Of a DNA stretch of 64,000 nucleotides, positions 39,174 through 47,364 are shown piece by piece. The first letter of the stretch is position 1. The number at the start of each line of letters is the position of its first letter. Location of the stretch: the NCBI GenBank assembly GCA_017457305.1, contig JAFTHP010000004.1:1084-65083 (forward strand), written 5' to 3'. Source of the DNA: Clostridia bacterium. Lineage in GTDB: Bacteria > Bacillota > Clostridia > Christensenellales > CAG-314. A program made the translations under genes and the position numbers. The notes below the pieces were generated by a model that saw only the letters and a list, made by a program, of their open reading frames with translations, was not told the origin of the DNA and ran no database searches.

Positions 39174-40487
39174 ATGACAATATTGGATATCATTGAAAAG
39201 AAAAAGATAAAGGCAGAGCTAACCACAGAGGAAATCAACTTTTTTGTGGAAGGTTTTACCAACGGCACAATTCCCGATTATCAAGCAAGCTCGTTGCTTA
39301 TGGCTATTGTGCTAAACGGCATGACCGACAGGGAAACCTTTGACCTTACCAACGCAATGCTACACAGCGGTGACATTGTGGATATGTCCCACCTTGGTGG
39401 CACCGTTGTAGACAAGCACTCCACAGGTGGCATTGGCGACAGCACAACATTGGCACTTGCCCCAATACTGGCGTGCTGTGGCGTGTACGTAGCCAAGATG
39501 AGTGGCAGGGGTTTGGGCTTTACTGGTGGCACAATCGACAAGCTGGAAAGTATCCCCGGCTTTAACACTTCGCTAACTGAAGAGCAGTTCTTTGACGTGG
39601 TTAAGCGCGTTGGTTGCGCTGTAATTGGACAAACTGCCAACCTTGCACCCGCCGACAAAAAGCTGTATGCTTTGCGTGACGTTACAGGCACAGTCAACTC
39701 TATCCCACTAATTTGCGGTAGCATTATGTCCAAAAAGTTGGCAAGCGGTTCCGACACAATTTTGTTGGACGTCAAGTACGGCAGTGGCGCATTTATGCCT
39801 ACTCCCGAGCAAGCGCTGGAACTAGCACAAAAGATGGTGCAAATTGGCACTCTTGCAGGTAAGCGCATTGGCGCTTTGATTACAGATATGGAACAACCAC
39901 TATCCGACTACGTTGGCAACACGTTGGAAGTTTTGGGCATACTGGAAGTTCTTGGTGGTAAGCAAAACCGACTATACCGCGAAATCAAGGAAGTTGCCGT
40001 TAGACTTCTTGTACTAACGGGCAAATTTGATGCTAAGCAAGCAGAAAATGCCTTCCAAGATGCCATCGACAGCGGTAAGGCACTAGCCAAGCTTGCCGAA
40101 ATGGTACAAGCACAGGGTGGCGATGCTAGCTACATTTTGCATCCAGAAAAATTTGTTCTTGGCACCGAAGAGGTTATCTTGGCTAGCGAGTACGGCTACG
40201 TGGACCAAATCATTGCCGCAGATATTGGCAGAGCGTGCACACATCTAGGTGGCGGACGTATGACCAAGGAAGACGTTATCGACTTTTCCGTTGGTGTTGT
40301 TATGAACGTGGAACTGGGTAGCAAGGTATGCAAGGGAGACGTGCTTTGTCGCATTTACCACAATGGCAAGGGTGTTGAACAGGCAAGACAACTGCTTGTC
40401 AATGCAATTCACATTGGGGATGAACCAATATGCACCCACAAGATTGCCTACGCTTACGTTGACAAAAATGGTGTTGAACTGTACTAG
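39174..40487 (+). CDS. pdp: pyrimidine-nucleoside (thymidine) phosphorylase
   Basis: 437 aa. Motifs VDKHSTGGIGD and SGRGLGFTGGTIDKLESIPG. Confidence 0.95.
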   Translation: MTILDIIEKKKIKAELTTEEINFFVEGFTNGTIPDYQASSLLMAIVLNGMTDRETFDLTNAMLHSGDIVDMSHLGGTVVDKHSTGGIGDSTTLALAPILACCGVYVAKMSGRGLGFTGGTIDKLESIPGFNTSLTEEQFFDVVKRVGCAVIGQTANLAPADKKLYALRDVTGTVNSIPLICGSIMSKKLASGSDTILLDVKYGSGAFMPTPEQALELAQKMVQIGTLAGKRIGALITDMEQPLSDYVGNTLEVLGILEVLGGKQNRLYREIKEVAVRLLVLTGKFDAKQAENAFQDAIDSGKALAKLAEMVQAQGGDASYILHPEKFVLGTEEVILASEYGYVDQIIAADIGRACTHLGGGRMTKEDVIDFSVGVVMNVELGSKVCKGDVLCRIYHNGKGVEQARQLLVNAIHIGDEPICTHKIAYAYVDKNGVELY

Positions 40488-40508
40488 AATACAAAAGGAT
40501 ATATATTT

Positions 40509-41162
40509 ATGGCAGTAAACGTTCTACTAAACTACTACAATTTTGACGAATCGTGGGCAAAACCCCACTTGGAAAAGCTACTTGTTGGCAAAAAGGTGCT
40601 AATCTTACCGCTGGCATTTAGACAAATTCAAGCGTGGGATAACGACAGTTTTTTGTCCATCTACGGCAAGGGCGGGGAAAAGTACGACAACATCATCAAG
40701 CCATTTTTGGCGTATGGCATAGATGAAGGTAGCATTGCTTGGCTCAATCCCTTTGACGACAATCAAAACTATACCGCAATGGTTCAGCAAGCAGACGTGT
40801 TGTTTTTCACCGGTGGTATGCCCGAAAAAGCTATAAGAAGAATCATGCAAATGGGCATTGCCGATGCAGTAAAAAAGCACCCCTTTGTTATGGGTGCAAG
40901 TGCGGGCGCTATGTTGCAACTGGAAAAGTACCACATCACCCCCGACGAAGACTACCCCAGCTACGGCTTGTGGCGTGGACTTGGGCTTGTAAAGGGCTTT
41001 GGCTTGGAAGTTCACTATCTAGCCACCGACATCCAACAACAATGCACAGCTCGTGCAGTCAAGGACTACAACTACCCCGTGTACCAAATGTGGCACCAAG
41101 GTGGTTTGCTAGTGGTGGACGGAAAAATCACAATTATGGGACAAGTTGAAGTAGTCAAGTAA
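40509..41162 (+). CDS. S51 (peptidase E-like) family protein
   Basis: 217 aa. Motif VLFFTGGMPE...VMGASAGAM. Confidence 0.7.
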   Translation: MAVNVLLNYYNFDESWAKPHLEKLLVGKKVLILPLAFRQIQAWDNDSFLSIYGKGGEKYDNIIKPFLAYGIDEGSIAWLNPFDDNQNYTAMVQQADVLFFTGGMPEKAIRRIMQMGIADAVKKHPFVMGASAGAMLQLEKYHITPDEDYPSYGLWRGLGLVKGFGLEVHYLATDIQQQCTARAVKDYNYPVYQMWHQGGLLVVDGKITIMGQVEVVK

Positions 41163-41312
41163 ATTTTTGTAGCAAGTTGCACGTCAAAATGGTGTACTTT
41201 GATATAGATTCTTCTCTATGTAAATATGCTTGCGGACGCATTGTTGAAATTAAACACTATTTGTTGAACAATCAATGCTGGCTTTGCAACTAGCAATCAA
41301 TTGAAACATAAC

Positions 41313-41348
41313 AAAAGAGCAAACACAATTGTGTTTGCTCTTTTTTTT
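41313..41348. terminator. bidirectional terminator
   Basis: GAGCAAACAC-AATT-GTGTTTGCTC flanked by A4 and T8 runs. It serves both the S51 gene (+) and the paralog array (-). Confidence 0.85.
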
Positions 41349-41355
41349 GTTCATA

Positions 41356-41802
41356 TTAACCAATAATTTTGTGTTTTAGCTGTGTAAATTCCTCTTCGCT
41401 AAGTGCGCCGTTATCGTACAATGTCTTTAAGTTTGCAATGCGTTCTAGGTCGGCATTTGGCAACTGTTGTGGTTGTGGTTGCGCCAATTGCGGATCGAAG
41501 TCGGCATCCTTCATGCATAGCAATATGATGCCTGCAATTTGGTTTACAAGCAACAAAATTACAACCTTCCAACCAAGGGAAATGTCGTCGGCACGCTTTG
41601 CATTGTTTACAAGCTTGAGCGCCTTGAAACCAAACCCAACAGCTAATCCACCAAAAGCACCGTAAGCAATAAACATGATTAATAGCGGTACAGTCATTTC
41701 TGGGTCAATAAACATGGGTATTAGTAATATCGAAGCAAACAAACACAGGATAAATCCTGATACAATGCTAAGGATAATAAATACTTTACATGCAGTTTTC
41801 AT
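41356..41802 (-). CDS. small 3-TM membrane protein with SHOCT-like C-terminus (paralog 1)
   Basis: 148 aa: MKTACKVF, 3 hydrophobic helices, RADDISLGWKV...LLCMKDADF, a Q/P linker and LERIANLKTLYDNGALSEEEF. Confidence 0.85.
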   Translation of the reverse strand: MKTACKVFIILSIVSGFILCLFASILLIPMFIDPEMTVPLLIMFIAYGAFGGLAVGFGFKALKLVNNAKRADDISLGWKVVILLLVNQIAGIILLCMKDADFDPQLAQPQPQQLPNADLERIANLKTLYDNGALSEEEFTQLKHKIIG

Positions 41803-41816
41803 ATCGTTTTTCTCCT

Positions 41817-42275
41817 TTAGAAGGGGCGATCATTTAGGATTCTATCCTTTTGTCTGTCGTATTCTTCTTGTGTGATGATGCCATCGTCTAGCATAGCCTT
41901 CAATTTGGCAATGCGTTCTAGGTCGGCATTTGGTTGAACTGTTTGTCTTTGTGGTTGGGCAAGTTGTGGATCGAAGTCTGCATCCTTCATGCACAGCAAC
42001 AGTATGCCAGCAACTGTGTTTACAAACAGCAAAATAACAACTTTCCAACCGGTGGAAATATCGTCAGCGCGCTTTGCGTTGTTGATTAGCTTCAATGCTT
42101 TAAAACCCAATCCAACAAATAGACCACCAAGTATTCCATAGATTACAAACAGTACAATACCTGCTTCAAATCCGTCGTTAGCGATGCCCACAATCAAAAA
42201 TATGGATGCAAGTAAGCAAAGAATAAATCCGCTTACAATGCTGATGATAACAAAAACTTTACTTGCAGTTTTCAT
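41817..42275 (-). CDS. small 3-TM membrane protein with SHOCT-like C-terminus (paralog 2)
   Basis: 152 aa from ATG 42275. It is very similar to paralog 1, including identical 26-nt DNA blocks. Confidence 0.85.
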   Translation of the reverse strand: MKTASKVFVIISIVSGFILCLLASIFLIVGIANDGFEAGIVLFVIYGILGGLFVGLGFKALKLINNAKRADDISTGWKVVILLFVNTVAGILLLCMKDADFDPQLAQPQRQTVQPNADLERIAKLKAMLDDGIITQEEYDRQKDRILNDRPF

Positions 42276-42323
42276 AAAAATGCTTCCTTGATAAAAAATT
42301 GAATAGGTCAACAAAGGAACTGA

Positions 42324-42836
42324 TTAAAATTGGTATGTATCAAAAAGAATATCCTTTTGTTTGTCGTATTCTTCTTGTGTGATAGCGCCGCTATCGTATA
42401 GTTCCTTTAGTTTAGCAAGACGTGTGCTAAGTTCATCCAAATTGCCGCTAGCTGCTGGAGCTGCAGATGGTTGACTGGATGGTGTGTAGTAGCTTTCGTT
42501 AGATGGAGAGTAGTCGCCTTCGCTGCTTGAGGAGTAGGAGTAGTATCCATCAAAGTGTTCGTCTTTTAGGCAGAACAACAAAATACCTGCAATCAAGTCT
42601 ACAAGAAGTGTAGCAACCTTCCAACCAGTTGAAATATCTTGTGGAGATTGTGCGTCTTTAAGTTGTTTGTTTACTTTGGAACAAATAATTATAGTAGCCA
42701 ATCCTAGAATGATGGATGTAAGGCCAGATGATAGAAGAGCTTGTTCGCCAGAAGCGGCAAGAATAACTCCGCCAAGAGCGTTAAATACGCCACCAATAAT
42801 ACCAATAATTAGAAAAATTTGTGTTGCTTTTTTCAT
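42324..42836 (-). CDS. small 3-TM membrane protein with SHOCT-like C-terminus (paralog 3)
   Basis: 170 aa from ATG 42836 (SD AGGAGG). It has a long S/Y/P-rich linker and ends LAKLKELYDSGAITQEEYDKQK. Confidence 0.85.
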   Translation of the reverse strand: MKKATQIFLIIGIIGGVFNALGGVILAASGEQALLSSGLTSIILGLATIIICSKVNKQLKDAQSPQDISTGWKVATLLVDLIAGILLFCLKDEHFDGYYSYSSSSEGDYSPSNESYYTPSSQPSAAPAASGNLDELSTRLAKLKELYDSGAITQEEYDKQKDILFDTYQF

Positions 42837-42914
42837 AAAAAATCCTCCTGTTGCAACTTTTGATTGCAAAATAATATAAACACGCAGTAAATCTGCAATT
42901 GTTTTTTTTGTGTG

Positions 42915-43406
42915 TTAAAAGTTGTACTTGTCAAAAAGGTCGTTTTTAAGTTGTTTGTACTCTTCTTCCGTTATTGCTCCCATATCGTACAATTCCTTTA
43001 GTTTGGCAAATTGTGTCATATAGTCGTCGCCGTTTCCCGTTACTGTTTGTGGTGGGATATATCCGGGGAAGTCTTCATCCTTGATGCAGAACATCAATAT
43101 ACCTTGTACAAGTCCAACAAAAATAAGTGTAATAATTTTCCAGCCTGTTTTGATATCGCTAGCGCATTGTGCCGCCATAAAGTGCTTGTATGCAAATATT
43201 GCAATAATCAGGGAAATTGCGCCTTCAACGATGTAGACAATACCAACAATGCTTTGTGCTTCTTCTATTTCCAAGTTGAGCAATGTGGCAATTGTGATAA
43301 CGTCTTCGTAAGTATCGCCGCCAATCATAACGGCAAGTCCTTCTAGCATTACAAGGCCACAGCCAACCATGGCAATAATCAATAATACTTGTATAGCTTT
43401 TCTCAT
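42915..43406 (-). CDS. small membrane protein with SHOCT-like C-terminus (paralog 4)
   Basis: 163 aa. This is the most divergent membrane part. It keeps DIKTGWKI...MFCIKDEDF and FAKLKELYDMGAITEEEYKQLK. Confidence 0.8.
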   Translation of the reverse strand: MRKAIQVLLIIAMVGCGLVMLEGLAVMIGGDTYEDVITIATLLNLEIEEAQSIVGIVYIVEGAISLIIAIFAYKHFMAAQCASDIKTGWKIITLIFVGLVQGILMFCIKDEDFPGYIPPQTVTGNGDDYMTQFAKLKELYDMGAITEEEYKQLKNDLFDKYNF

Positions 43407-43423
43407 AATTCACCTACTAGATA

Positions 43424-43981
43424 CTAAAAGGTTAGTGGATCTTCGGTGCTTTGTGTTTCACCTAGAATTTTTGCCTTTTTGTAGTCAAATTCTTCTTGTG
43501 TGATGGCACCCATGTCCAACAGTTTTTTGAGCTTTGAAATTTGTTCCAAGTCGTTGTTTTGACTAGCTGGTTGAGCTGTCACAACGGGAGCACCCTTTGG
43601 CAAGTAGTCCTTGTCCGTCATGCATAACATAATTATACCGCTAATAAGGTTGCTAAATAGTAGAACAACAACCTTGAAGCCTGTGGAAATATCACTTGCA
43701 CGTGTTGCATTGTTCAGTTTTTTCAACCCAACAATGGATACGATTAGGGAAATAGCACCAAATACAACAAAACTAATACCAAAGATAAGGAAGGTTGTTC
43801 CAAGAACAAGCCTTTGAATATCTGGGTCGGTAATAACTTCGCCATTGATGTTAACTTCGCCACCAGAAATTGGTGCGTTAAATGCCACAATACCAACCAC
43901 GGTAAAGATAAGTCCCATCAGCACAAGTGCTGCACAGGATACGATTGTCAAAATTAAAAATACTTTTGCTGCAGTTTTCAT
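43424..43981 (-). CDS. small 3-TM membrane protein with SHOCT-like C-terminus (paralog 5)
   Basis: 185 aa from ATG 43981 (SD AAGGAG). It has a first loop of about 30 aa and ends ISKLKKLLDMGAITQEEFDYKK. Confidence 0.85.
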   Translation of the reverse strand: MKTAAKVFLILTIVSCAALVLMGLIFTVVGIVAFNAPISGGEVNINGEVITDPDIQRLVLGTTFLIFGISFVVFGAISLIVSIVGLKKLNNATRASDISTGFKVVVLLFSNLISGIIMLCMTDKDYLPKGAPVVTAQPASQNNDLEQISKLKKLLDMGAITQEEFDYKKAKILGETQSTEDPLTF

Positions 43982-44024
43982 TGTAAATACTCCTTGGTAG
44001 CCAAGTTCAATGTACAAGCAACTT

Positions 44025-44061
44025 GGTTACCTTTTGATATATTATATATCAAAGGTAAACC
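44025..44061. promoter_or_regulatory. long imperfect palindrome overlapping the array promoter
   Basis: GGTTACCTTTTGATATAT-T-ATATATCAAAGGTAAACC. The arms are complementary except for a 1-nt register shift. Confidence 0.5.
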
Positions 44062-44070
44062 CTTTGTCAA
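44041..44070 (-). promoter_or_regulatory. sigma-A-type promoter of the paralog array
   Basis: On the minus strand: TTGACA, 18-nt spacer, TATAAT, about 55 nt upstream of ATG 43981. Confidence 0.6.
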
Positions 44071-44159
44071 GAGTTAGCAAAAATACAGCCCTTTTCTAGC
44101 TATATTTTTTTTGACCACGGCAAAAAGCAACAAAAACTGTTTTTAGTTGCAATCAACTA

Positions 44160-44188
44160 TTTACATTGGCAAAGATTTTTGGTATAAT
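44160..44188 (+). promoter_or_regulatory. sigma-A-type promoter with extended -10 (purC)
   Basis: TTTACA, 17-nt spacer, TGgTATAAT. The leader to ATG 44333 is about 140 nt. Confidence 0.6.
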
Positions 44189-44332
44189 TTACTGTGGACT
44201 AGGTTGAGCACTTTGGCGCTAATGGGTAACACGCACCCTGCGCACAAACTAACAGACCTTTCTTTGGTGCAGGGGATATGGCAAAAGCTGTGCTCCTTGC
44301 CAACAAAATATGGTTGTGAGGTAACAAAAACT

Positions 44333-45046
44333 ATGGCATACGACAAACTACAACTACTACGCGAAGGAAAAACAAAAAGATTTTGGCTAACAAGCAATCC
44401 CAAGCAAGCCATTGCAGAGTTTAGAGATGATCCAACAATGTACCACAGCAAAAAGAAGGAGTACTTCACAGGTAAGGGCGCATTGTGCAATCAAATAAAC
44501 GCTATTCTTATGCAAGTGTTGCAGGAAAACAACATCCCAACACACTTCCTTGAGCAAATCGACCAAAACTGCACTTTGGTTAAACGTGCCGAGATGATTC
44601 CAGTAGAAGTAGTGGTTCACAACTATACGGCTGGTTCAATGTGCAGACGTCTTGGATTGGAAGCTCACAAAAAGCTCAAATTCCCCGTAATGGAATTTTG
44701 CTACAAAAACGACGAACTCAACGACCCCGTTATCAACGAATACCACGCCTACGCAATGGGCTTGTGTACTCAGGAAGAAATGACAATCATGACCTACAAC
44801 GCAATGCGCGTAAACAAGGTGCTTTGCGATTTGTTCGACTCCATCGGTATGGTTGTTGCCGACTTCAAGCTTGAGTTTGGCCGTGTTGGCAACTTCTTGG
44901 TTGTTGCAGACGAAATTACCCCTAACGTTGGCCGTTTTTGGGATAAGGACAGTATGTCTCGCATCAAGTACACACTTGGTAGCGCCGAAAAAGAGTACGA
45001 AATTATCCTTGAACGCCTAAAGCAAGCGGCAAAGGATTTGTTGTAA
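44333..45046 (+). CDS. purC: phosphoribosylaminoimidazole-succinocarboxamide (SAICAR) synthase
   Basis: 237 aa from ATG 44333 (SD GTGAGG). N-terminal LLREGKTKR and typical PurC length. Confidence 0.85.
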   Translation: MAYDKLQLLREGKTKRFWLTSNPKQAIAEFRDDPTMYHSKKKEYFTGKGALCNQINAILMQVLQENNIPTHFLEQIDQNCTLVKRAEMIPVEVVVHNYTAGSMCRRLGLEAHKKLKFPVMEFCYKNDELNDPVINEYHAYAMGLCTQEEMTIMTYNAMRVNKVLCDLFDSIGMVVADFKLEFGRVGNFLVVADEITPNVGRFWDKDSMSRIKYTLGSAEKEYEIILERLKQAAKDLL

Positions 45047-45127
45047 AATAATTGCAAAGATATTTGCCTAGCGTTTTACTGGCAATGGATTTGCACAAAA
45101 CTATCACAAAATAGGAAAAAATTGTAA

Positions 45128-45604
45128 ATGAAATGTATGTATTGTGGCTGTGAAGACAGCAAGGTAATAGACTCACGTTCCACCGAAGACGGCAAAAGTA
45201 TTCGTCGCCGTCGCGAGTGTATCAACTGCGGCAAGCGTTTTACCACCTTCGAAACCATCGAAATTGTACCTTTTTTGGTAGTAAAACGTGATGGAACAAG
45301 ACAAAGCTACGATCGCACCAAGCTAAAAAAAGGTATTTTGCGTTCTTGCGAAAAGCGCCCCATCAGTATGGCGCAAATCGACCAAATTGTGGAAAGCGTG
45401 GAAAAACAACTGTACAACAGCTTGGAGCAGGAAATCACTTCCAGCAAAATTGGCGATTTGGTAATGGAAGAACTAAAACCATTGGACGAAGTTGCCTACA
45501 TCCGTTTTGCGGCGGTATACCGTCAGTTCAAGGATAGTGCAACCTTCTTTGAGGAAATGTCACGCATTTTTGGTCAACCACCAAAGGGAAAGAAAAAGAA
45601 ATAA
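45128..45604 (+). CDS. nrdR: transcriptional repressor NrdR
   Basis: 158 aa. Zinc ribbon MKCMYCG...CINCGKRFTTFE and an ATP-cone domain. Confidence 0.95.
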   Translation: MKCMYCGCEDSKVIDSRSTEDGKSIRRRRECINCGKRFTTFETIEIVPFLVVKRDGTRQSYDRTKLKKGILRSCEKRPISMAQIDQIVESVEKQLYNSLEQEITSSKIGDLVMEELKPLDEVAYIRFAAVYRQFKDSATFFEEMSRIFGQPPKGKKKK

Positions 45605-46629
45605 TGAAGTATATTTTGCAACACTACAGCAAATACCCACAAATGCAATTGCAGGATTTTGTCAAACTGCTTTACCAAGCAAATTTTGGTTGCGAGCATA
45701 TTTTCAGCGACAAAATGGTGGGTTATATCGATAGCGAAATGCAACAATGCCAGTGTAGTAGCGCTCCCTTGTTTGAACAAATTAGCGACGAATATTGTAG
45801 GGTAGATTTGTCTGCATACAAGGCACTTGGTGGAACAAGCCAAACGCTTGGCAAATGTATGCGTAACGTTCACGCATCGGGCACCAAGCAGGATTTGTGC
45901 AACCAACTGGACAAACTGTTGTTGCTAATTAAGGAGGGCACAATCAAGCTAGACTACCACCAAGCAGTAGAGCAAATTGAGTGGTACAAACAGCAAGGTT
46001 GCCCCGCTATCCATCACAGTCAACAGTATCGCGACAGTTACCATCCCCACTACAGGGTGGTGTACACCAAGCAAGCAATGCTTTTGACTGCTATGGTTCA
46101 AATTGAAGGCAAGCTAGCACAGGGCAAACCTATCGTTGTAGGCATGGACGGTCCTTGTGGCAGTGGAAAAAGCACCTTGGCACAAGTGCTATCACAGCAT
46201 TTATCTTGCCCCATTATTCACGCAGATCACTTCTTTTTGCCGCCAGAGCTTCGCACAATGCAACGTATACAAGCCGGGCAAAATCTTCATTGGGAGGCAT
46301 TGTTGCCAGTAATCCAGCAGGCAAAGCAAGGCAAGGACTTTGTGTACCAAGTGTACAACTGCCAAACCAATAGCTACGTAGATAAGCAGTTTAGTGCCGC
46401 TAGTTGTACAATAGTGGAAGGTAGCTACAGCCTTGTAGAACCGTTGCGTCACTTGTACGACGTAACAATTTTGTTGCAAATAGACGCTGACAAACAACTG
46501 CAACGCTTGACCAAACGTCAAGGAAATATTGAACAATTTGTAAACAAGTGGATTGTTTACGAACAATATCATTTGGACAAACTTCCCCCTTGTGATATTG
46601 TTATTGACACCAACGTGGAGGCACTATGA
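45604..46629 (+). CDS. two-domain protein: unknown N-terminal domain plus uridine-kinase-like P-loop domain
   Basis: 341 aa. Walker A GMDGPCGSGKSTLA in the C-terminal half. The start overlaps the nrdR stop (TAATG). Confidence 0.6.
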   Translation: MKYILQHYSKYPQMQLQDFVKLLYQANFGCEHIFSDKMVGYIDSEMQQCQCSSAPLFEQISDEYCRVDLSAYKALGGTSQTLGKCMRNVHASGTKQDLCNQLDKLLLLIKEGTIKLDYHQAVEQIEWYKQQGCPAIHHSQQYRDSYHPHYRVVYTKQAMLLTAMVQIEGKLAQGKPIVVGMDGPCGSGKSTLAQVLSQHLSCPIIHADHFFLPPELRTMQRIQAGQNLHWEALLPVIQQAKQGKDFVYQVYNCQTNSYVDKQFSAASCTIVEGSYSLVEPLRHLYDVTILLQIDADKQLQRLTKRQGNIEQFVNKWIVYEQYHLDKLPPCDIVIDTNVEAL

Positions 46630-47201
46630 GAAATTTGGAACAAGAACTAAAACTGTCACTAGACAGAAGACAATATGACCTTCTTCGTCAACAAGCGGAC
46701 ACTTTGCCAACGCTACAAACCAACCACTATTTTTGGTCGGATGGTATGAGCGAAAACGAAATGGTACGCCTTCGTGAAAGAGATGGTGTGTTTGTGCTGT
46801 GTTACAAAAAGCGTATCAGCAACACCGACGGCATCACAGTTAGTGACGAAAGGGAAATGGAAATTGCACCTGACTTTGCCAACAAGATGATTCAACAAGG
46901 CATATCCTTTGAAACTCTCAAAAGCACCGTTGGCGTAAACTACGAAAACAATCTTAGTTACGTTGGCAAATTAGATACCTATCGCACCAAGTTTATGTTG
47001 GAAGATTGGTGTATCGAACTGGACCAAAATGCCTACTTTGATCAAGTGGACTACGAGTTGGAGTGCGAAAGCCGAAACGTAGAGCAACTTTCCAAGCTCA
47101 AGAGCTACCTTTTTTATACTTTTGGCATTGTACCCAAGCAATCCATACCCAAGAGCCAACGCTTTTTTGAACAGGTATTCAGTAGCAAAACAAACAAGTA
47201 A
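46626..47201 (+). CDS. CYTH-domain (triphosphate tunnel metalloenzyme) protein
   Basis: 191 aa. N-terminal ExExK signature (EQELK) and acidic strands such as YELECE. ATGA overlap with the upstream gene. Confidence 0.65.
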   Translation: MRNLEQELKLSLDRRQYDLLRQQADTLPTLQTNHYFWSDGMSENEMVRLRERDGVFVLCYKKRISNTDGITVSDEREMEIAPDFANKMIQQGISFETLKSTVGVNYENNLSYVGKLDTYRTKFMLEDWCIELDQNAYFDQVDYELECESRNVEQLSKLKSYLFYTFGIVPKQSIPKSQRFFEQVFSSKTNK

Positions 47202-47364
47202 AACTTGTGCTTGTGCAAGTTAAAAGTGTCAAAAAAAAACAATTAGTTTGTGTTGTAAAGATTACTACTATACGGCATATCACTTTTTGTGCATAGCCTC
47301 TTGATTGCAAGGCAAAAGGCGAAAGTACAACAAAAAAACACTAATTTTGGAGAACTAAACTATC

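Larger units (their letters stand above)
41356..44017 (-). repeat. tandem array of five paralogous genes
   Basis: Same domain order in all five genes, gaps of 14-78 nt, and a single promoter and terminator. Confidence 0.85.

Noticed and set aside
44147-44332. 62-aa N-terminal extension of the purC ORF.
   Set aside because: It contains the promoter and leader. PurC homology starts at MAYDKLQLLREGKTKR (ATG 44333 with an SD).
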